A stretch of DNA of 64,000 nt from Candidatus Pacebacteria bacterium CG2_30_36_39 (lineage in GTDB: Bacteria; Patescibacteriota; Microgenomatia; UBA1400; PJMF01): assembly GCA_001873435.1 (NCBI GenBank), contig MNZB01000004.1, positions 239,538 to 303,537 on the forward strand. The letters are read 5' to 3'. This document shows, piece by piece, positions 8,729-20,486 of the stretch. Within the stretch, counting starts at the first letter, position 1. Each line of letters opens with the position of its first letter. Made by a program: the position numbers and the translations under genes. A model generated the notes under the pieces. That model searched no databases. It was not told the DNA's origin and saw only the letters and a program-made list of their open reading frames with translations.

Positions 8729-10435
8729 TTGACTATAATGAAGTGTTTCATGGAAAGAAATTCTTCAATACAATCAGCTCCAAACTACTCAGATAATAGT
8801 AATTTAATTAATAAAAAGTTTTCTGTTCAAAACCCTCGTTCTAATAATCATTTTTCAAAAAAAATATTTATTAGCTTAATTACTTTTTTTATTCTTTTTA
8901 TTGGTGGGGTTGCTGCTTTTTTCTTATTGCAAATTAATCAAGACATTAGACAACAAGCAAGTGATGGTGCTTATATTAATCCTGTTGTTGCTAATGCCAA
9001 CGATCCAGGAAATGCAGAATTTGGCTGGAATTATAATACGAACAAACCTGCTACAGCTGAAGATTGGACTAAAATATATGATGAAAATGGCAAAGAAATA
9101 CAAATAGCTGGAACATATATTCACTGCCAAGAAGGTAAATGTGAAAGATATGTTGTTAATTTACCGGCTACTCATAATGCTTTAAACCAATATGCTAGTT
9201 CTCACCAACAAGTTGGTGCTGAGTGTGTTAAAACTCTAGAAGGTGTTTGTGTAGCCTGGAAAGATAGACCAAAACCAACTGCTACACCAGTGCCAACAAT
9301 CAAACCCCAGCCAACTGCTGCCGCCTCGCCTACTGCTTCACCCACTGCCGCACCAATCTCTAGATGTTCTGGATTGAGTTCTACAGCATGTGGATTTGGA
9401 AGAGCTTGTGTTTATACACCCTATGGATATTACTGCCAAGATATTTCAACAATTACTACTGCCGAAGGAACCAAACAATGTGACGGAGATATAGTCATGG
9501 AATTCAAAAGTAACTCTTGGAGCAAAAAATATACTTGCATGTATGGTTGCGCCAATGGCCAATGCAATACTGCTCCAGTGGCAACAGCCACTCCAAAACT
9601 AACAGCTACTCCAATTCCAATTGATTATAGTAATTATCCTGATTGGAATGAAACATGCCATCAATCATGTCAACCTGGTCTTAAGTGTGTAAATAATAAA
9701 TGTATTGCTGATTGTCCAACTTCTCCGTCTGGAGATTGCAATAATTTTGGGTTACTTTGTGAAGACACAACAGATAGATTGATTAATAATTGGGAAGGAA
9801 ATATGTATATTTGTAATGGTGGTTCTTGGACTCAAAAAGGAGAGTTGAGAATTAATTTTGATAGTAGTTGTTCAGAAGAAGATAAAAGTGTTTATAGGGA
9901 GTCTTTTGCCCATGCTCCAGAGAACCTACTACCAAAAGAACATATTGATGTTTCCTGTGGAGATCCACCTCCAATAACAACAACCATTGATGGAGTTGAT
10001 TATGAAGGTGTGGCTTGTGGGCAGTATTCAACTGACAATTATAATTCAGATCACCTTTACCTATATTGTAATGATCCTCAGTGTCATATTCCTGAAGCTG
10101 GCTATGATTGCGATTACACGACCACTCATGAGTTAGTCCATAATCAGGCCAATGAAACTCAATGGCTTGGATCCGCAGAAGTTACTAGTTTTAATGAAGC
10201 AATTGGTTGTAAGAGTGCTGGAAAAGGAAAATTTGAGTTTTCAGAAAACCCAGTCACTACGTATGGAAGAGCTAATTGTGCTGAAGCCTATGCAGAGTTG
10301 GTTACTGTTTATTCAGAAAACCCGTGTTATATAAAGAATAGTGGCGAATATCAGAATCAACATAATTGGCTTATGACAAGCAATGATTCTCCTTACCAAG
10401 GACAAGATAATTGTCAGGAAGGAGGAAAAGGATAA
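8729..10435 (+). CDS. Cys-rich secreted/signal-anchored protein with an 'INQDIRQQA' post-TM motif, a P/T/A linker and a C-terminal HELVH motif.
   Basis: N-terminal TM helix (ISLITFFILFIGGVAAFFLLQ) followed by INQDIRQQA. Many Cys residues, the linker 'PKPTATPVPTIKPQPTAAASPTASPTAAP', and HELVH at nt 10127-10141. Confidence 0.6.
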   Translation: MTIMKCFMERNSSIQSAPNYSDNSNLINKKFSVQNPRSNNHFSKKIFISLITFFILFIGGVAAFFLLQINQDIRQQASDGAYINPVVANANDPGNAEFGWNYNTNKPATAEDWTKIYDENGKEIQIAGTYIHCQEGKCERYVVNLPATHNALNQYASSHQQVGAECVKTLEGVCVAWKDRPKPTATPVPTIKPQPTAAASPTASPTAAPISRCSGLSSTACGFGRACVYTPYGYYCQDISTITTAEGTKQCDGDIVMEFKSNSWSKKYTCMYGCANGQCNTAPVATATPKLTATPIPIDYSNYPDWNETCHQSCQPGLKCVNNKCIADCPTSPSGDCNNFGLLCEDTTDRLINNWEGNMYICNGGSWTQKGELRINFDSSCSEEDKSVYRESFAHAPENLLPKEHIDVSCGDPPPITTTIDGVDYEGVACGQYSTDNYNSDHLYLYCNDPQCHIPEAGYDCDYTTTHELVHNQANETQWLGSAEVTSFNEAIGCKSAGKGKFEFSENPVTTYGRANCAEAYAELVTVYSENPCYIKNSGEYQNQHNWLMTSNDSPYQGQDNCQEGGKG

Positions 10436-11193
10436 TGAAAATGAAAAAAGCTTGGCTGTTCTTATTATTTATAATTTTTTTAGGATTGCCTCAAAAAGCA
10501 ATTGCAAAAGATCTATTTCCTGAACTAGAAAGTCTAGAAATAGACCAGAAATTACCACAAGAAATTCAAGATCTTGGTAAAGAAACTAAAGATGATGTGC
10601 CTGAAACTATATTTTTAGAATTTGAATCAAGTTCAAAATCCTATCCACATTATATAGAAATTACTCCAATGGGAAAAATTGTTTATATGGAACTTAAAAT
10701 TCCAGATACTCATGTAGAAATTTATCAGAATATATTAACTTCACTTGGAGAACCAGAAACAAAAGAAGAAACCACGCCATCATATGTCTTGCTTGCATAT
10801 CCAAGCAAAGGAATAGGTTTTATTGTTAATGAGAGAAATAGAAATTTTCTTATGCAAACTAGATTTCCTAAGAAATCTGTTACCAATTTAAAAGCCAATG
10901 AAGCTAAAAACTTTATTCAAGTTTCTCAACTAGCCACCTTTCCCACAGGGATATTAAGTCCAATACCAACTGAACCACCAATTCCAAAAGATTTAGCTAT
11001 TATTAATGAGCAAAATCAAGGAAGAAATAATTTAATCAAATATGTTTTGTATACAATTATTGGACTAATAGTGCTTTGGGCAATTGAATTAGTAGGATCA
11101 TACTTTAAACGAAAGAAACAAGATCCACCCAAACCTAAAATACCTCCTACTCCTCCAATGCCGATAGATCCACCGATAATATTGGAACAATAA
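10435..11193 (+). CDS. Secreted protein with a Sec signal peptide and a C-terminal TM anchor plus a Pro-rich tail.
   Basis: ATG at 10435 is preceded by AGGAGG 9 nt upstream. The signal peptide is MKMKKAWLFLLFIIFLGLPQKAIA|KD. The C-terminus is 'YVLYTIIGLIVLWAIELVG...PPKPKIPPTPPMPIDPP'. The track start at 10411 is a TTG. Confidence 0.6.
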   Translation: MKMKKAWLFLLFIIFLGLPQKAIAKDLFPELESLEIDQKLPQEIQDLGKETKDDVPETIFLEFESSSKSYPHYIEITPMGKIVYMELKIPDTHVEIYQNILTSLGEPETKEETTPSYVLLAYPSKGIGFIVNERNRNFLMQTRFPKKSVTNLKANEAKNFIQVSQLATFPTGILSPIPTEPPIPKDLAIINEQNQGRNNLIKYVLYTIIGLIVLWAIELVGSYFKRKKQDPPKPKIPPTPPMPIDPPIILEQ

Positions 11194-11240
11194 AAAAATG
11201 TATTGGAAAATAGTGTTTTAGGCGCAAAAAAAGCGCTTTA

Positions 11241-11358
11241 TTCTGGCCTCGACCTATCTTCGCGTCCCAACGAGGGGATACTATTGTCGGCGCTGAGGCG
11301 TTTCAAGACTCTGTTCGGGATGGGAAGAGTTGGTTCCACCTCGCTCCGGAGACCAGAA
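11241..11358 (-). rRNA. rrf: 5S rRNA.
   Basis: The reverse complement reads '...GGUGGAACCACUCUUCCCAUCCCGAACAGAGUCUUGAAACGCCUCAGCGCCGACAAUAGUAUCCCC...'. This matches the conserved 5S loop B/C/helix III-IV consensus, and the terminal helix UCUGGUCUC/GAGGCCAGA closes it. Confidence 0.85.
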
Positions 11359-11467
11359 TAAAACGCTTTTTGTTAATTTTAGGTTATGTTCCCTAAAAGG
11401 TGAAGAGAAATTGTCATCTGCCAGTAAAAAATTGAGAATTCATTTTTAACGCATCTTTATATACTAA

Positions 11468-14378
<2,911 letters not shown>

Positions 14379-14584
14379 AATTAGCGAAATTTGCATTTTT
14401 TTATAAATTCTCGACGAATTTACTATTAGATGACATATCTCTTCACTTTTTAAAGAACAATTCTAAACAAGAAGCTTCCGCTCCTTGTTGTTCGCCCCGA
14501 GTAGTCAAGATTTCTCTCAAAAACCCATGAACGAATAACAAAAAGCCGATCTTAGTTATTCTTGTTTATGTTAATTTGCTTCTG

Positions 14585-14658
14585 TGGACCCTAAGGGGCT
14601 CGAACCCTTGGCCTCTACATTGCAAATGTAGCGCTCTAGCCAACTGAGCTAAGGGCCC
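14585..14658 (-). tRNA. tRNA-Ala (anticodon UGC), immediately upstream of the 23S rRNA.
   Basis: The reverse complement is GGGCCCTTAGCTCAGTTGGCTAGAGCGCTACATTTGCAATGTAGAGGCCAAGGGTTCGAGCCCCTTAGGGTCCA. It forms a cloverleaf, the anticodon loop is TTTGCAA, and the Ala-identity G3:U70 pair is present. Confidence 0.9.
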
Positions 14659-14846
14659 TCTTAAAGATCTTAGTTAGCCACAAAAAAAATCTTGGCCAAC
14701 TACTTTTGGTTTTATTCACTTGTAAAAATCGGGTGAGGGATTCTTCCGCTTTAAAGCGAGCAAGAATGTCTATTTGCTGTTTTCCCGAACAGAGGAGGTT
14801 ATTATAATCAGAGACCTCCTATTTTGCAATAGAGAGAAAATACTAT

Positions 14847-15482
14847 TTATCTCCCTGGTAGAGCTATTGGTTTGAGACCAATTTTTTCTAAAATTTGCAA
14901 ATTCTTTTGAGCAATTTTTTCACCAAGACTACCATTCAAATCATAGAATAATGGTAATTCTCTTTTGGAAAGAGCTCGATAATATTCAATTTGAGGCATA
15001 ATTACTTCTTCAGCAACTTTTGGAGAAGCTGCGTGCAGCCAATCTGCAGAAATTTGAAAACAACCTAAATTGAAAATATTTTCTCCGCCACCGAGAGTAA
15101 AACAAATTTTATTGGCAATATGGACACCCTTTGGTCTTACCATATGACCTTTAATACCTTCTCCAAGTTTCTTTGGATCAGTAAAAGGAATAAAACCAAT
15201 AAAATCCAATTTTTCTCTATCAGCCAAAGCTTCAACTTGTTGTTGCATTGAGGCATCAGCTTGCTCAAAATCAGCTAACTTCAACTTTGTTTTCACCCAA
15301 TCATTTTCTTGGCTTGCAGCAATAGAAATCTTAGAGCCAAAGGTCTTCTTTAAAGCAACCACTGCTTTAGAAAATCCTGGCAATTCAAGTCCAGCCCCAG
15401 CAAAGGATAAACGAGTGCCTTCATTAATTTGAACGCCTTCATCTCCACAGGTGATAACATAAGAGGCTTGAGTATCTGTCAT
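14847..15482 (-). CDS. Hypothetical protein of 211 aa with no family recognised.
   Basis: Clean ORF with ordinary codon usage and no TM helix. Motifs present: 'GHMVRPKGVHIANKICFTLGGGENIFNLGCF'. Confidence 0.5.
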   Translation of the reverse strand: MTDTQASYVITCGDEGVQINEGTRLSFAGAGLELPGFSKAVVALKKTFGSKISIAASQENDWVKTKLKLADFEQADASMQQQVEALADREKLDFIGFIPFTDPKKLGEGIKGHMVRPKGVHIANKICFTLGGGENIFNLGCFQISADWLHAASPKVAEEVIMPQIEYYRALSKRELPLFYDLNGSLGEKIAQKNLQILEKIGLKPIALPGR

Positions 15483-15525
15483 AGAAGCCTTTCTTCCTAA
15501 GACCTATATAGTCATGGGCAAGGGA

Positions 15526-15744
15526 CTATTTTTCAGTACCTTCTTCTAAATGAGACATGGCTTGAATCGAGGCTAGATATTGATTCATATCATTTTCGAC
15601 TTTTTCCCAGTCTCCACCAGCTTCTCGGATTGCATTAAAAAGCAAATCCATATCTATTAAAAGTTGGTCATCGGTAACAATCATTCTTTGTTTTGCCATA
15701 GTTGTATTATACCATTTTCTAGAGAAAAAATTCGATGAAATCAA
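15526..15744 (-). CDS. Small hypothetical protein. The start is possibly at the internal ATG (MAKQRMIV...) near 15699.
   Basis: 72-aa ORF between the rpsA terminator and the 14847 gene. Confidence 0.35.
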   Translation of the reverse strand: MISSNFFSRKWYNTTMAKQRMIVTDDQLLIDMDLLFNAIREAGGDWEKVENDMNQYLASIQAMSHLEEGTEK

Positions 15745-15792
15745 TTTTTTTTAAAAACGAGCTCCTGTTCTCATTTGAGTAGGCAGGAGCTC
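15745..15792 (-). terminator. Intrinsic terminator/attenuator downstream of rpsA.
   Basis: 9-bp stem GAGCTCCTG...CAGGAGCTC at 15759-15792. On the minus-strand transcript it is followed by GTTTTTAAAAAAAA. Confidence 0.5.
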
Positions 15793-15832
15793 ATCTAAAT
15801 TTCTTTTACCGATTTTAACTCTAGTTAAAATC

Positions 15833-17089
15833 CTACTTATAGCCCATTGGAGCTTCAGTTAGCACGATACTTAAACTCATGCGACGTTGCTCTGGTACTA
15901 CATTCTCTACATTCACAGTAACATCTTCACCAACTTTTAGTTCTTTGTCAGCATCAAGCTTACTAGAGTGAATTAAACCATCAACCCCAGGCTCAACATT
16001 TACAAAAACACCAAAAGATTCAACTCTTGTTACTTTGCCAGTAAAGGTTGTTCCAACTGCATAACGATCACCAATGGTAATCCAAGGATCATTAATTAGT
16101 TGTTTGATAGAGAGATTAAGTTTATTGGTTTTTTCATCAATACCCAACACTTTAACCTTAATTCTGTCTCCTACGCTGTGATAATCCTTTGGATGATTAA
16201 CTTTTTCCCAACTGATTTCAGATATATGAACTAAACCTTCAACATAACCAATGTTAGAAGCTTTACCCTCTTTATCCTTTGATTCATCAACTGGAATTTC
16301 AACAGTTACAAATAAACCAAAGTGCATTACACCAGAGACTACACCTTCGTAGATTTCTCCAGATTTCACTTTGTCTAAAGCTTGATCTTTTTGAGCCAAC
16401 TCTTTGGCTTCACTTACGTGACGCTCAGAGAAGATCAAACGATTTTTTTCACGATCAACTTCAATTACTTTAACTTGAAAAGCTTCACCTTTGAGATTAT
16501 TAACTTTACCGACAAAATCTCGACCAAATTGACTGGAAGGTACAAAACCTCTCACTCCATTGACCACCACGATTAAGCCGCCTCGGTTAGTTTCAACACC
16601 TTTAGCATCAAGAATTTCTTCTTTTTCAAAAGCTTCTTCAAAATATTCCCATTTGGCATCAGAAGCTGCACCTCTTAATGAGAGCACTACCTGTCCACGG
16701 TCATTTTCTGAAGAAACAACTAAAGCAGAAACTTCATCACCTACATTAAGTTCTTTAATGAACTCTGAAGCGAAATCATATTCTTTTTCTGAAACAATAC
16801 CTTCGGTTTTTGCACCCAAATCAATTACTAAAGCTTTTTTGCTTTTAGCAGTAATTAAACCTTTAAGTGAATCACCTTTTTGAGGAACAACCAATTTGTA
16901 TTTAGAATCAGCCAACAAATCCTCCATAGTTTTTGGTTTTGTAGCTGCTTTTTCAACTTTTTTATCTTCTTTAACTTCAACAGTTTTTTCAACTTTTTCT
17001 TCTTGAATAACTTCAGCTGGCTTGTCTGCAACAGCCTCCGTTTTTTCAATTTTTTTATCTTCTTGTACTTTCTTTGTAGCCATACACAA
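15833..17089 (-). CDS. rpsA: 30S ribosomal protein S1 with a K/E-rich N-terminal extension.
   Basis: Repeated S1 OB-fold motifs (…GDEVSALVV…, …GEIYEGVVSGVMHFGLFVTVE…, …GTTFTGKVTRVESFGVFVNV…). The N-terminus is 'KKVQEDKKIEKTEAVADKPAEVIQEEKVEK...'. The start may be Met3 at 17083. Confidence 0.85.
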   Translation of the reverse strand: MCMATKKVQEDKKIEKTEAVADKPAEVIQEEKVEKTVEVKEDKKVEKAATKPKTMEDLLADSKYKLVVPQKGDSLKGLITAKSKKALVIDLGAKTEGIVSEKEYDFASEFIKELNVGDEVSALVVSSENDRGQVVLSLRGAASDAKWEYFEEAFEKEEILDAKGVETNRGGLIVVVNGVRGFVPSSQFGRDFVGKVNNLKGEAFQVKVIEVDREKNRLIFSERHVSEAKELAQKDQALDKVKSGEIYEGVVSGVMHFGLFVTVEIPVDESKDKEGKASNIGYVEGLVHISEISWEKVNHPKDYHSVGDRIKVKVLGIDEKTNKLNLSIKQLINDPWITIGDRYAVGTTFTGKVTRVESFGVFVNVEPGVDGLIHSSKLDADKELKVGEDVTVNVENVVPEQRRMSLSIVLTEAPMGYK

Positions 17090-17166
17090 TAAATCCCCTT
17101 TCTTTTGGAATCCATGAAGTATATCATACTGATATTATTTTTTCACAAGAGTTCCAGAGAAAAAAC

Positions 17167-17778
17167 ATGACACCAATTAGCACTCACTACTTCTCTCTTT
17201 CAAAGAGAACATTTGATTTTTCTCTAGCTATTTTCCTTGCTATCTTCTTATCTCCATTACTATTATTAATTGCTATTACTATTTTAATAAGTTCTGGTAT
17301 GCCAATCATTTTTACTCAGAAAAGAACTGGAAAAGATGGTAAAACCTTTACCATTTACAAATTTAGAACAATGAAAAAAAATGCTTCACTACTCAAGCAT
17401 AAATATCTAGAATTCAATGAAGCACCTTCTCCAATGTTTAAAATTCACAATGACCCAAGATTTGTTGGCATTGGAAAATTATTATCTCAAAGCGGTTTTG
17501 ATGAACTCCCTCAATTAGTTAACATCATTAAAGGTGAAATGAGCTTTGTTGGACCAAGACCATTGCCTGTTCAAGAAGCCGCCTCCCTTAATCAAAACTG
17601 GAAATCTTTTAGAGAACAAGTAAAACCAGGTGTTTTTTCAGAATGGACTCTTTCAAGCAATAGACATTCAACTCTAAAAAAATGGCAAGAACTAGAAGAA
17701 AAAACTCTATCGTATAGTAATTTAAAAAATGATTTAGAAGTCATGATTAAAGTCATGCTCAAACAACACAATCCCTAA
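17167..17778 (+). CDS. Initiating polyprenyl-phosphate hexose-1-phosphate transferase (bacterial sugar transferase, PglC/WbaP C-terminal type).
   Basis: One TM helix followed by 'PIIFTQKRTGKDGKTFTIYKFRTM...FDELPQLVNIIKGEMSFVGPRPL'. Confidence 0.85.
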   Translation: MTPISTHYFSLSKRTFDFSLAIFLAIFLSPLLLLIAITILISSGMPIIFTQKRTGKDGKTFTIYKFRTMKKNASLLKHKYLEFNEAPSPMFKIHNDPRFVGIGKLLSQSGFDELPQLVNIIKGEMSFVGPRPLPVQEAASLNQNWKSFREQVKPGVFSEWTLSSNRHSTLKKWQELEEKTLSYSNLKNDLEVMIKVMLKQHNP

Positions 17779-17830
17779 ATAAATTTAATCCTAAAACTTA
17801 GGATTAGCAGATGATGCTATTATTAAAATA

Positions 17831-20422
17831 GTGTCAAATATCCTTAAGTTTTTAGCTGGTTCAGCATTATTAATAATTTATTTATTATTAATCTTCTTAT
17901 TAGGTGAATCATTTCTGCAATATGTTCTTTTTGGGATGGGGGCGATCATTTGCCTTTATTTATCATTTGCTCTGGGAAATTGGTCTTCATTAATTAAATA
18001 CCCCTTAATTCTGGCTGGCTGGATATTATTTGTTTTGAGCTTGGCAATAAGCACTATTTCTACTGTGAATCTACCGCTAACTTTGAGTTATTTAGCATTT
18101 TATGGATTAAGCTATTTAACATTTATTACGATTTTGGTTTTACCTAAAAAAATAAAAAGTATTTGGGTAATTTTCACAACATTACTAGCAATTTTTATAG
18201 TTACTCTAATTAGTATCTTTTTTCAGTTATTTCCAGAAATGGCCAAATCATTACCAACAATGAACTTGATTTATTCAACTTTTGGCCATAACCATTTAGC
18301 AGCCATACTATTACTAATTATTCCCATGAGCTGGTGGTTTGCCATCAATAAAAAACACGAGCTAAGTGAAGTTTTTCCAAATATTTTTTTTCAAATTGTT
18401 CCCTTTTTTTTCTCAATAGTTTTGCTTTTTAGCTTTGGAAGAATAGCTATTTTGTTGGGTTTATTTGAGTTTTTAATTATTAAATTTTTATTAAATAAAC
18501 AAAAAGTATCTCCAACAAAAATTATTAAAAATGAACTACGCCTATTACAAATCTTATTTTTCTCAATCTTAATTATTAAAATCATCTTCTCAGTAGTTGA
18601 AATATTTAATCCTGGCTATATATGTCCTATTCAAGAAAAAGAAAAGCAATTATGTAAATCTATTTCAAATGAAAGAAGACCGCTCTACTGGGATCAAGCC
18701 TGGAAAGTAATCAAGGAATACCCGCCAATTGGTTCTGGACCAGGTACTTTTAGTGTTTCTGGAGCTAAATACAGCCAAGCCCCTCTATATAGAACATCTT
18801 TTGCTCATAACGCTTTCCTAGAAAACTACAGCACTTTGGGAATTATCGGAGGTAGCATCTTCATATTTTTAATGTTTAACATGTTATTTAAAGTAAGTCG
18901 TGCAAAAGAAATAAAAATAAATTCAAAAGAAGAATTGATTAATGGCAGTAATAGTTGGCAATTTTTCAGTTTAATTTCTTTATGTGCAATTTATGTTGAT
19001 GTTCTATTTGATTTTGATTGGAATTTTTCAGGAATCTTCATTTTAACGCTCATCTTAATTGCAACCATGCTTCGAGAAACTACTATAAATAAAGATCTAA
19101 ATTTTCTTAACAAAAGAAAGAGTGAAAAAATAGCTAAAGCAACTAAAAACATATTTGTTTTTATTAGTTTTTGTTTAATCACCCTATCTGGAACATATTT
19201 GGTTGTTGAATTTAAAATCAAACAACAAAAAACCAATGAAGCATTTGAGTTTTTCCCCTACTTCCACTGGCATCGTAAAATTTTTGAAACAGAACTATCT
19301 TCAGAAAACTACCCCAAACTCTTAAGTATTTATAAAAATTATCCAGAACACTACATATTTTTAATCAGCAAAGAAATTGATCCAAACAAAACAGCTCTCC
19401 TAAAAAAAAGACTGGGAGAACTGAGTCCTTGGGACAAAATTAAGGAAAATAACATTGAATACTATTTAAATGAAAATCAATATGACTTGGCTCAACAAGA
19501 ACTAGAAACAATTCATGAACTTTATCAAAAAAGCTTAAAAACAAGCGATGACTGGATTTTTAGCTATAGCGATATAAAAAGACTATCTCAACAGACCCTT
19601 AGATTTGCAGACAAAATATGGCTTCAAAACCCCTTATTAGCCGCTGATTTTTACACTAAAGCTCAAAAAATAGATTCATGGACTTGGCAAGAAAATAGCT
19701 TGGGTATTTTAAATGATAAATTTGACCAATATTTTCAACAAAGATTAGAATTTATGAGAAATTTTCCAAATGAAAAATATGATTATTTAGGCACTAATCG
19801 TAACACTTATGCCAAAAAATATTTATTGGCTTTAAATGAATTTTTAAAATCACAAGAAAACCCTCAAAATATTCATAATGATCTAAACAATATTTTAAAT
19901 ATGGCTAACTGGCTTTCTGTTTATGCTTGGGCTGACCTAAATGAAATTTACCAATTAAAAATAACCCAAACCTTACAAACAAACAAAATAAATGAAGTTA
20001 GTAGTTTAATTTCAGAATGGAAAAAAACCTCAGAAACAATCCAAAAATACAACAAAGATCTTTCGTGGGATTATAAACTAAAAATTAACTTAGTTAAAAA
20101 ACTGCAAAAAAAAGCTACTGAATTATTAAACAATAATAAAGCTGAAAATCTTACAGATGAAATAAGAAGCCAAGTCATGGATTTGGTTTCTTTAATGAAC
20201 CAAGTTTTACCAGAAAATTATTGGGTCATAGTACAGCCAGGAAATCTATATACCTATTTTGGCCAAATTGAGACAGCAAAAAAGGCTTTTCAATATTGTT
20301 TAGACAACTATTATGATCCAGGAAAACATGTAGATTGTGAGAATGGATTATTAAATTTAAATCAAGAAATACCAAATAAGAACCGCTATTTTGAAGTATC
20401 TAAAACCATCCTCAGCCAATAA
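17831..20422 (+). CDS. Wzy_C-family membrane protein (O-antigen ligase / O-oligosaccharyltransferase-like) with a ~450-aa C-terminal alpha-helical soluble domain.
   Basis: About 10 N-terminal TM helices. The motif '...RTSFAHNAFLENYSTLGIIGG' is the Wzy_C signature. The long K/N/E-rich C-terminus is probably TPR-like. Confidence 0.7.
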   Translation: MSNILKFLAGSALLIIYLLLIFLLGESFLQYVLFGMGAIICLYLSFALGNWSSLIKYPLILAGWILFVLSLAISTISTVNLPLTLSYLAFYGLSYLTFITILVLPKKIKSIWVIFTTLLAIFIVTLISIFFQLFPEMAKSLPTMNLIYSTFGHNHLAAILLLIIPMSWWFAINKKHELSEVFPNIFFQIVPFFFSIVLLFSFGRIAILLGLFEFLIIKFLLNKQKVSPTKIIKNELRLLQILFFSILIIKIIFSVVEIFNPGYICPIQEKEKQLCKSISNERRPLYWDQAWKVIKEYPPIGSGPGTFSVSGAKYSQAPLYRTSFAHNAFLENYSTLGIIGGSIFIFLMFNMLFKVSRAKEIKINSKEELINGSNSWQFFSLISLCAIYVDVLFDFDWNFSGIFILTLILIATMLRETTINKDLNFLNKRKSEKIAKATKNIFVFISFCLITLSGTYLVVEFKIKQQKTNEAFEFFPYFHWHRKIFETELSSENYPKLLSIYKNYPEHYIFLISKEIDPNKTALLKKRLGELSPWDKIKENNIEYYLNENQYDLAQQELETIHELYQKSLKTSDDWIFSYSDIKRLSQQTLRFADKIWLQNPLLAADFYTKAQKIDSWTWQENSLGILNDKFDQYFQQRLEFMRNFPNEKYDYLGTNRNTYAKKYLLALNEFLKSQENPQNIHNDLNNILNMANWLSVYAWADLNEIYQLKITQTLQTNKINEVSSLISEWKKTSETIQKYNKDLSWDYKLKINLVKKLQKKATELLNNNKAENLTDEIRSQVMDLVSLMNQVLPENYWVIVQPGNLYTYFGQIETAKKAFQYCLDNYYDPGKHVDCENGLLNLNQEIPNKNRYFEVSKTILSQ

Positions 20423-20486
20423 TAAATCTTAAATAATAAAAAACTATGGCTAGTGGTTATTTTTCTATGATAAGATCGAGCCTATT

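Noticed and set aside
10411-10434. The TTG start proposed by the ORF track for the 10411 ORF.
   Set aside because: ATG at 10435 has a perfect AGGAGG 9 nt upstream and yields a canonical Sec signal peptide (MKMKKAWLF...AIA). The TTG start would add an RR-rich leader with no RBS.
11221-11240. A GCGC-aaaaaaa-GCGC mini-hairpin with a T-run after the 10435 gene and beside the 5S 3' end, as a possible terminator.
   Set aside because: The stem is only 4 bp. It may simply be the 5S 3'-trailer. It is too weak to call confidently.
16855-17127. A K-rich 90-aa ORF (also 16880..17092 and 16560..16883 on the plus strand) overlapping rpsA.
   Set aside because: These are mirror frames of the K/E-rich low-complexity N-terminus of S1, with no independent signal.
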